From Algoriphagus sp. (GTDB lineage Bacteria; Bacteroidota; Bacteroidia; Cytophagales; Cyclobacteriaceae), in the NCBI GenBank assembly GCA_044353615.1, contig JBILBQ010000001.1:19201-83200 (forward strand): a stretch of 64,000 nucleotides of DNA, in the 5' to 3' direction. Both the position numbers and the translations under genes were made by a program. Position 1 is the first letter of the stretch, and every line of letters starts with the position of its first letter. Of this stretch, positions 57,126-64,000 are shown in pieces. The notes below the pieces were generated by a model that saw nothing but the letters and a program-made list of their open reading frames with translations, had not been told where the DNA came from and did no database searches.

Positions 57126-58177
57126 AGGTTGACCTAGCATCCCTCCTACGTCCGCACCTACTAACCCTGAAGCCCTATACCTCAGCCCGAGACGAATACA
57201 GTGGTTCGGAAGGAGTATTTTTGGATGCGAACGAAAATCCATTTGGGTCCATCACCCAGGCAGATTACAACCGCTACCCAGACCCTTACCAAAGTGAACT
57301 AAAATCAGAAATCGCAAAAATCAAGGGTTGTGCACCCACTCAGATTTTCTTGGGAAATGGGTCTGATGAGGCCATTGACCTGCTGTTTCGAGCCTTTTGC
57401 AACCCAGGCAAGGACAACGTGATCCTACTTCCTCCCACCTACGGCATGTACGGGGTGAGCGCCTCCATCAATAATGTGGAGATACGAAACGTAGCCCTTA
57501 CACCTGACTTTCAGTTGCAGCCCGAAAAAATCCTCGCTGCGGCAGATGCCCAATCCAAAATTCTATTCATTTGCTCTCCCAATAATCCATCGGGCAATGC
57601 AGTGAAGCGGGAGGATATTCATTACCTGCTGGAGAATTTTCCAGGGATTGTGGTGGTAGACGAGGCCTACATCGACTTTAGTTCGGAACCCAGTTTGATC
57701 CAGGTGCTGGAGCAGTACCCCAACTTGCTGGTGATGCAAACTTTCTCCAAAGCCTGGGGATTGGCCTCCCTTCGGCTAGGAATGGCCTTTGCGAGTCCAG
57801 AGCTGATCGCAATTCTCAATCAAATCAAACCTCCCTACAACATTTCGGGATTGACACAGGAAACTGTCCTTGAAGCACTTCCAAACAAAGGAAAGGTGGA
57901 TGAGCTGATTCGAAAAATTAAAGAAGAGCGTACCTTCCTGAAGCAAGAACTTGAAAAGCTTCCAGATGTACTGAAAATCTATCCCTCGGATGCCAACTTC
58001 TTTCTGGTCCAAGTTCCCGATGCCAATCGATTCTATGAAGGCTTGATAGAGGAAAAGGTAATCGTTCGCAACCGATCCACCGTCATGCACTGCGAAGGAT
58101 GCCTCCGAATAACGGTAGGTACCCGAGACGAAACACTCGCCTTACTCCAGGCTTTCAAAAAAATAGCTACTAATTAA
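57122..58177 (+). CDS. hisC: Histidinol-phosphate aminotransferase
   Basis: LDANENP, GNGSDE, SPNNP, DEAY and TFSKAWGLA motifs. Confidence 0.96.
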   Translation: MKVDLASLLRPHLLTLKPYTSARDEYSGSEGVFLDANENPFGSITQADYNRYPDPYQSELKSEIAKIKGCAPTQIFLGNGSDEAIDLLFRAFCNPGKDNVILLPPTYGMYGVSASINNVEIRNVALTPDFQLQPEKILAAADAQSKILFICSPNNPSGNAVKREDIHYLLENFPGIVVVDEAYIDFSSEPSLIQVLEQYPNLLVMQTFSKAWGLASLRLGMAFASPELIAILNQIKPPYNISGLTQETVLEALPNKGKVDELIRKIKEERTFLKQELEKLPDVLKIYPSDANFFLVQVPDANRFYEGLIEEKVIVRNRSTVMHCEGCLRITVGTRDETLALLQAFKKIATN

Positions 58178-58222
58178 CCTTGGTTCAAAAACCAAGAAAT
58201 AGAACCCAATCCTCCTAGTTCC

Positions 58223-59320
58223 ATGAAAAAGAAAGTATTGTTTATAGATCGAGATGGTACCCTCATCAAAGAGCCCCCTACCGATTTTCAAGTCGATAGC
58301 CTTGAGAAATTGGAGTTTATCCCCAAAGCCATCTCCAACCTCCGTAAAATCGCGGAAGAATGTGACTATGAACTTGTTCTAGTAACAAACCAAGATGGAT
58401 TGGGAACCGATTCTTTTCCTGAAAAGGATTTTTGGCCAGCTCAATTCAAAATGCTGAAGACGCTGGAACAGGAAAACGTGCACTTTGCGGCCATTCACAT
58501 CGACCGCAGCTTCGAGCACGAGCAAGCCCCCACGCGAAAGCCCCGAACAGGCATGCTCACTTCCTATTTTTCGGAAGACTATGACCTCAGCCTATCCTTT
58601 GTCATTGGTGATCGAGCTACCGATGTGCAACTCGCACAAAATCTAGGATCCAAATCCATTTTCTTCGGTGAAGCACATCCCGAGGCAAGCTTTTGCAGCC
58701 AAGACTGGGATGAAATCTACAATTTTCTCAAACTTCCCCCGCGAAAGGCTTCTGTGCATCGAAAGACCTCCGAAACAGACATTTCAATCGAATTGAACTT
58801 GGATGGTTCCGGTGCCTGCTCCATTTCTACAGGACTGCATTTCTTCGATCACATGCTGGAGCAATTGGGCAAGCACGGAAGCACGGACCTATCCATTCAA
58901 GTAAAGGGTGACCTCCACATCGACGAGCACCACACGATCGAAGATACCGCGCTTGCCTTGGGAGAAGCCTATGCCAAGGCCCTAGGTGACAAAAAAGGAA
59001 TTTACCGCTATGGATTTCTCCTGCCCATGGACGATGCATTAGCACAGGTGGCGATTGATTTTGGAGGACGACCGTGGTGTGTTTGGGAGGCAACATTCAC
59101 CCGAGAAAAAGTGGGAGACATGCCTACAGAATTGTTTTTCCACTTCTTCAAATCCTTCTCGGATGCAGCCAAATGCAACCTGAATATCCAGATCACTGGG
59201 GATAACGAGCACCACAAGATCGAAGCAACATTTAAAGGGCTAGCCCGAGCCATCAAAATGGCTGTGCAGCGAGATCCGAGAAATTTAAATCAATTGCCCA
59301 GCACCAAAGGGGTGCTTTGA
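58223..59320 (+). CDS. hisB: Bifunctional histidinol-phosphatase / imidazoleglycerol-phosphate dehydratase
   Basis: [24 protein letters not shown] and NEHHKIE motifs. Confidence 0.97.
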   Translation: MKKKVLFIDRDGTLIKEPPTDFQVDSLEKLEFIPKAISNLRKIAEECDYELVLVTNQDGLGTDSFPEKDFWPAQFKMLKTLEQENVHFAAIHIDRSFEHEQAPTRKPRTGMLTSYFSEDYDLSLSFVIGDRATDVQLAQNLGSKSIFFGEAHPEASFCSQDWDEIYNFLKLPPRKASVHRKTSETDISIELNLDGSGACSISTGLHFFDHMLEQLGKHGSTDLSIQVKGDLHIDEHHTIEDTALALGEAYAKALGDKKGIYRYGFLLPMDDALAQVAIDFGGRPWCVWEATFTREKVGDMPTELFFHFFKSFSDAAKCNLNIQITGDNEHHKIEATFKGLARAIKMAVQRDPRNLNQLPSTKGVL

Positions 59321-59342
59321 ATTGATAATGCCTAAATAAATG

Positions 59343-59576
59343 TTCACGCAGATTTTCACGGAAAAGACCCGCGGATTGATTCATAAAAATCCGCGTTATT
59401 TTTCTCCGTTCCGCCGCGGCGGAGCGTGAAACAAAAAAATCTTCCCTTCAATCAACATTATAAAATATTTAAAAGCCGTGTCAAAAAGGTTAACGCAGAT
59501 TGTCATGGAAAAGACCCGCCGATTGATTGATAAAAATCAGCGTTATTTTTCTCTGTTAATCTGCGTGAAACAAAAA
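59343..59576. repeat. Two ~90 bp palindromic repeat units (CACGCAGATT...AATCTGCGTG type)
   Basis: Units 59343-59438 and 59490-59576 align except at the palindrome 59410-59423. Confidence 0.85.
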
Positions 59577-59585
59577 TCGCTATTT

Positions 59586-60473
59586 CTAAGAATATTCCAA
59601 TAACCGCTTTTTCAATGCGGCTTTGTAATTGGGAATGGCCTTTTCGGAAAGTCCCAAAAAGAGGTAGGGTTCGATCAATTCCAGTTCCATCAAGTGAAAT
59701 ACCCCATCAATCACCACCCCATCCACTCGGGCATACAGGCTGTCTTTTGCAAAACTAGCTACTAGCACCTGAGCGGAAGCAAGCATTTTTGAGTCTGGCA
59801 TAATCTCTTGAATGGTCCCCCCATAGTAATGCTGCACCCGAAAGTCATCTACAGCAGGGGACTTGAGCACGGCATGGGAAAATACTCCATTGAAAAAAAT
59901 GAGCGAATACTCCCCTACAGCTACAATTTCCGGAATGTAAGGCTGCACCAAAAAATCTTCTTCTTGGAGCAAACTTGAAATTTTATCCTCCAACTCCTTG
60001 CCAGCACCTCGCGTAATTTTCAGCGTATTTTTTGCACCTCCACTGACCAAAGGCTTGACCACCAAGGTTTCAAATCCGAGCGAATCGTGCAAGGCTTCCA
60101 AGGTAGTTATCGTTCCTTTGGGAAGAATTTGACCTGCCACGCAAGGGTATCCCTTGGCTTTCAATTCCAACAAATAGTTCTTAGAGGAATTCCAACGCAG
60201 TGTCGCTAAAGGATTTAGCACGGAAGTTCCCAAGGCTTCCAACTTTTCCAGCCAAGTCAAAAATTCGGGATAGTAATCAAAATAATCCCAGGTAGATTTG
60301 ATCAACACATGGGTAAAGCGACTCCATTCCACATCGGGGTCGGACCAAGCCAACAACTCATAGGAAATACCCAATTCTTCCAGCAATTTGGAGAGCAAGG
60401 CATCCTCATCTACCGTATTGGTATCGTAGGCTCCAGTAGATACATAAGTGGCAATGACGACGTGTAGCGGCAT
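59586..60473 (-). CDS. ATP-grasp (RimK/glutathione-synthetase-like) protein
   Basis: KSTWDY, WNSSKNYL, VKPLVSG, LVQPY, GEYSL, DFRVQ, YARVD and MELELIEP motifs. Confidence 0.82.
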   Translation of the reverse strand: MPLHVVIATYVSTGAYDTNTVDEDALLSKLLEELGISYELLAWSDPDVEWSRFTHVLIKSTWDYFDYYPEFLTWLEKLEALGTSVLNPLATLRWNSSKNYLLELKAKGYPCVAGQILPKGTITTLEALHDSLGFETLVVKPLVSGGAKNTLKITRGAGKELEDKISSLLQEEDFLVQPYIPEIVAVGEYSLIFFNGVFSHAVLKSPAVDDFRVQHYYGGTIQEIMPDSKMLASAQVLVASFAKDSLYARVDGVVIDGVFHLMELELIEPYLFLGLSEKAIPNYKAALKKRLLEYS

Positions 60474-60567
60474 ACTTTTTTTGTGCAAAACTAACATTTC
60501 CTTTTTTTAAAGAAGGCTGTTTGTGTAAAATCCAAGTGAAACCTTATTTTTGGAGATTGAACCTATT

Positions 60568-61314
60568 ATGAGCCACCGCAAACTCGTCATTATTCCCACC
60601 TTCAATGAGCTAGAGAACATCAGCGACATGGTGCGTACCGTGATGGAGCTGGAAGGAAATTTTGAGCTCTTGGTGATTGACGATGGATCTCCAGATGGCA
60701 CTGCCTCGATAGTCAAATCCCTGCAAAGCACCTATGAAGGCCGTTTGCACCTGATGGAAAGAGCAGGCAAGCAGGGTTTGGGAACCGCTTACATCACCGG
60801 CTTTCGCTGGGCACTAGCAGCTGACTACGACTTTATTTTTGAGATGGATTGTGATTTTTCCCACGATCCCAAGGACCTGATCCGACTTTACGAAGCCATC
60901 AAAAGCCGAGATTTTGATTTGGCCATTGGCTCCAGGTACATCACGGGAGTCAACGTGGTCAACTGGCCTATGGGCAGGGTGCTCATGTCCTATTTTGCAA
61001 GCAAATACGTGAATTTCATTACTGGTCTTCCGATTCACGATGCGACTGCTGGGTTTAAATGCTACCACCGCAGCGTGCTGGAAGGAATAGCGCTAGACAA
61101 TATCAAATTTATCGGTTATGCCTTCCAAATCGAGATGAAGTTCACCTCCTGGAAACTTGGCTTTAAATTGATAGAGGTACCCATCATCTTTACCGAGCGC
61201 ACCAGAGGACAATCCAAGATGAGCCCGAAAATTTTTAGAGAAGCGGTTTTGGGTGTGATTTGGATGAAGCTGAAAAGTATTTTTTCTCCTTACCGATTAG
61301 TCAAATCGAATTGA
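60568..61314 (+). CDS. Polyprenol monophosphomannose synthase (GT2)
   Basis: IIPTFNE, DDGSPDG, GLGTAY, MDCDFSH and DATAGF motifs. Confidence 0.9.
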   Translation: MSHRKLVIIPTFNELENISDMVRTVMELEGNFELLVIDDGSPDGTASIVKSLQSTYEGRLHLMERAGKQGLGTAYITGFRWALAADYDFIFEMDCDFSHDPKDLIRLYEAIKSRDFDLAIGSRYITGVNVVNWPMGRVLMSYFASKYVNFITGLPIHDATAGFKCYHRSVLEGIALDNIKFIGYAFQIEMKFTSWKLGFKLIEVPIIFTERTRGQSKMSPKIFREAVLGVIWMKLKSIFSPYRLVKSN

Positions 61315-62514
61315 TTTGATCGGGTCCACCCTTGAAATAATCCGAACGGGAATCCACAATACCAAGACAGTCAACACCGTGACACCAAGATTGAGCAAGA
61401 AAAATGCCGTCCAATTCCAATCAATGGGCACATAGCTCATGTAATAACTTATTGGATCCAGCGGAATCAAGTGGAAGTAATCCTGCAATCCTCCCAGCAC
61501 CAAGGCAAAAGCGTTGCCATACAAAAGTCCCTTGCCCAAAATATGGATGCCATTCCAGAAAAACAGGGATCGAATCTGAGAGTTTTTAGCACCCATAGCC
61601 TTGAGCAAGCCAATCATTTGGGTTCGTTCCATGATCAGGAGAAACAGAATCGCTCCCATGTTGAAAATTGCAACAAATCCAATTAGGGAGATAAACACGA
61701 TCACGTTGGTGTCGAGCAATTTCAGCCAATCAAAAATATCCAAAAAGCGATCCCTGCTATCCAGTAAGCGAAGATCATAGTCCAATTCATCTTCCAGTAA
61801 GGGCGCATAAACATCCAATTGCTCGGGGTCGGCTACATGCAATTCTAATCCACCTACTTGATCCGAAGTCCATCCATTCAAATTCCGAATGGTTTGCAAC
61901 TCCCCAAGGACCATCTGCTCGTCAAAGTTTTCAAGGTAGGTTTCAAAAATACCCACTACCTCCACCCGACGGAAACGAGGAGGCTGCTGTACAAAATACA
62001 AGGTCACCTTATCCCCTACTTTAATTTGCAACTTATTGGCAACCAGCTTGGAGAGCAGGATTTCGTTACTCACCCCTGAGTCAGGAAGATGCATCATCCT
62101 TCCCTCCACCAGGTACTTCGCAAAGCCCACGCTGTCAAAATCTTTTCCAACTCCCTTCAGTAGGACACCCTCTACTTCGGCTGACCCTTTCAGCAAGGCC
62201 GCCTTGTGTGCATAGGATTGGATTTTGGTCAGAAAAGGAAATTGATCTCGTTTTTCAAAAAATTCAGCCTTCAACGAAAAAGGTTGCTCCTCAAATGCAG
62301 TACTCATTTGGAATTTTTGCACCTGAAAGTGCCCGGTAAACCCATATACCCGGCTAGAAACCGTTTTTTGAAATCCGCCCAGCACCATAATCGAAAGGAT
62401 GGCTACACCCAAGCCCACCGCCAAGCTCGCTACCGCAATGCGGTGGATGATTCCAGAAAAGCCACCGGCATGCTGAAAACTGATTCTTTTGGCTAGGAAA
62501 TAGGAAAGGTTCAA
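61297..62514 (-). CDS. LolC/E (FtsX-like) lipoprotein-release permease
   Basis: TM1, large periplasmic domain and ERTQMIGLLKAMGA motif. Confidence 0.85.
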   Translation of the reverse strand: MNLSYFLAKRISFQHAGGFSGIIHRIAVASLAVGLGVAILSIMVLGGFQKTVSSRVYGFTGHFQVQKFQMSTAFEEQPFSLKAEFFEKRDQFPFLTKIQSYAHKAALLKGSAEVEGVLLKGVGKDFDSVGFAKYLVEGRMMHLPDSGVSNEILLSKLVANKLQIKVGDKVTLYFVQQPPRFRRVEVVGIFETYLENFDEQMVLGELQTIRNLNGWTSDQVGGLELHVADPEQLDVYAPLLEDELDYDLRLLDSRDRFLDIFDWLKLLDTNVIVFISLIGFVAIFNMGAILFLLIMERTQMIGLLKAMGAKNSQIRSLFFWNGIHILGKGLLYGNAFALVLGGLQDYFHLIPLDPISYYMSYVPIDWNWTAFFLLNLGVTVLTVLVLWIPVRIISRVDPIKSIRFD

Positions 62515-62555
62515 CGGACTGGGTTAAATTTGTTTGCAACTCCCCGCAAATTAGC

Positions 62556-63734
62556 ATGAAGCAAGCGAAAAATTCACCCTTGATCCACATTTTGACCTTT
62601 TGCCTAATATTGGCCAGCAGCATAGCAGGATATGCGCAAGAAATCCGAGTTGGTGCCGAGCAAGCCCAAATCTACTTGCCCCTCCTCCAAGGAAAAAAAG
62701 TAGGGGTAGTAGGCAACCAAACCAGCATCCTTCCCAATTCCAAGCAGCAGCACCTGGTAGATTTTCTCTTGGAAAATAAAATTGAGGTAGTGAAAGTATT
62801 CGTACCCGAACATGGATTCCGGGGTACTGCCGATGCAGGTGAAAAAGTCAACAACTCCATCGACTCCAAAACAGGACTGCCCATCGTCTCCTTGTATGGC
62901 GCCAACAAAAAGCCAAGTCCAGAGCAGCTCAAAGACCTAGATGTGCTTGTCTTTGACTTGCAAGATGTGGGCGTACGGTTTTTTACCTACATCAGCACGC
63001 TACACTACGTGATGGAAGCCAGCGCAGAACAAGGGAAGTCCCTGATTGTACTTGACCGGCCCAACCCCAATGGCAACTATCTGGATGGCCCCATGCTGAA
63101 AAAAGGCTTCGAGTCCTTTGTGGGCATGCATCCCATCCCCATCGTTCATGGACTCAGTATTGGTGAACTCGCGCAGATGATCAACGGAGAAAAATGGCTA
63201 AAGGGAGGCCGAAAAGCCAAGCTCACAGTTGTTCCGGTGGCAAATTGGAACCATGCTACTCCTTACGAACTTCCCGTAAAGCCGTCCCCCAACTTGCCCA
63301 ATGCACTTTCAATCCGTCTCTATCCCAGCACCTGTCTTTTTGAAGGGACAGTCGTATCCCTAGGCCGCGGCACCTACTTTCCTTTCCAAGTGTATGGCTA
63401 CCCAGATGCAAGCTTTGGAGACTTCAGCTTTACCCCTGTATCCATTGACGGCATGTCCAAAACCCCTCCGCATCAGGACAAGGTATGTTATGGCAGAGAC
63501 CTTCGCATGGAATCCCCAGCACAGCCTTTTACCTTGAGCTACCTCCTGGAAGCCTACGGTCGCTCCGGGATGAAGGAGAAATTCTTCAATTCCTATTTCA
63601 ATACCTTAGTGGGTACGGACGAACTCAAAAAGCAAATCTTAGCAGGAAAAACAGAGACAGAAATTCGTGAAACCTGGCAGCAGGGGCTCACAGACTATGC
63701 CCAACTGCGAAAAAAATACCAGCTCTACCCCTAA
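62556..63734 (+). CDS. Exo-beta-N-acetylmuramidase NamZ family (DUF1343)
   Basis: PEHGFRG, SLYG, DLQDVG.RF.TY, LDRPNP and PSPNLP motifs. Confidence 0.9.
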   Translation: MKQAKNSPLIHILTFCLILASSIAGYAQEIRVGAEQAQIYLPLLQGKKVGVVGNQTSILPNSKQQHLVDFLLENKIEVVKVFVPEHGFRGTADAGEKVNNSIDSKTGLPIVSLYGANKKPSPEQLKDLDVLVFDLQDVGVRFFTYISTLHYVMEASAEQGKSLIVLDRPNPNGNYLDGPMLKKGFESFVGMHPIPIVHGLSIGELAQMINGEKWLKGGRKAKLTVVPVANWNHATPYELPVKPSPNLPNALSIRLYPSTCLFEGTVVSLGRGTYFPFQVYGYPDASFGDFSFTPVSIDGMSKTPPHQDKVCYGRDLRMESPAQPFTLSYLLEAYGRSGMKEKFFNSYFNTLVGTDELKKQILAGKTETEIRETWQQGLTDYAQLRKKYQLYP

Positions 63735-63762
63735 AATTCTAGATGACCCCAAATCGCTTTTC

Positions 63763-64000
63763 ATGCAACTACCTCCTATAAACCGCTCTTTACGCATCAT
63801 TTACATGGGCACCCCAGAATTTGCGGTGCCTGCCTTGGAAAACTTGGTTGCCGAGGGCTGGAATGTAGTGGCCGTCATCACTGCTCCTGACAAGCCCCAA
63901 GGTCGAGGACAGAAGCTGGTAGGCTCTCCGGTCAAAGAAGCTGCCGAAACCTTAGGTATCCCGGTGTTGCAACCGACCAACCTCAAGGATGCAACTTTCC
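63763..64000 (+). CDS. fmt: Methionyl-tRNA formyltransferase (3' truncated by window edge; missing from the ORF track)
   Basis: Manual translation: MQLPPINRSLRIIYMGTPEFAVPALENL...VITAPDKPQGRGQKL..SPVK. Confidence 0.92.
   Translation, partial: MQLPPINRSLRIIYMGTPEFAVPALENLVAEGWNVVAVITAPDKPQGRGQKLVGSPVKEAAETLGIPVLQPTNLKDATF

Overview
Bacteroidota chromosome segment. Gene content and TAnnTTTG promoters suggest a Cyclobacteriaceae/Algoriphagus-like host, but this is inference. Most of the window is housekeeping: GH31 + sugar MFS, surE, ribBA, dnaG, Mrp/NifU, T9SS cargo proteins, pncAB, lolD and lolE-like, sucC, ppk1, gyrB, glycine-lipid-like acyltransferases, hisGDCB, NamZ-like, fmt, and two tRNAs. 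Accessory highlights: (1) a dabA-dabB-sulP-DUF2490 inorganic-carbon uptake module bracketed by ~250-500 bp direct REP-like repeat clusters; (2) a proteorhodopsin-crtY-blh operon whose DTE pump has Gly at the carotenoid-antenna fenestration position; (3) 13-19 nt GC-rich micro-palindromes present in one copy of a duplicated sequence and absent from the other, including one in a degenerate tRNA copy; (4) heptamer-based inverted-repeat elements starting in stop codons and framing single genes (dinB-family, msrB) like cassettes; (5) an unannotated His-rich leader peptide before hisG and a candidate sRNA. No integrase, transposase, CRISPR array or Rubisco is visible. All protein calls come from motif recognition, not database searches.
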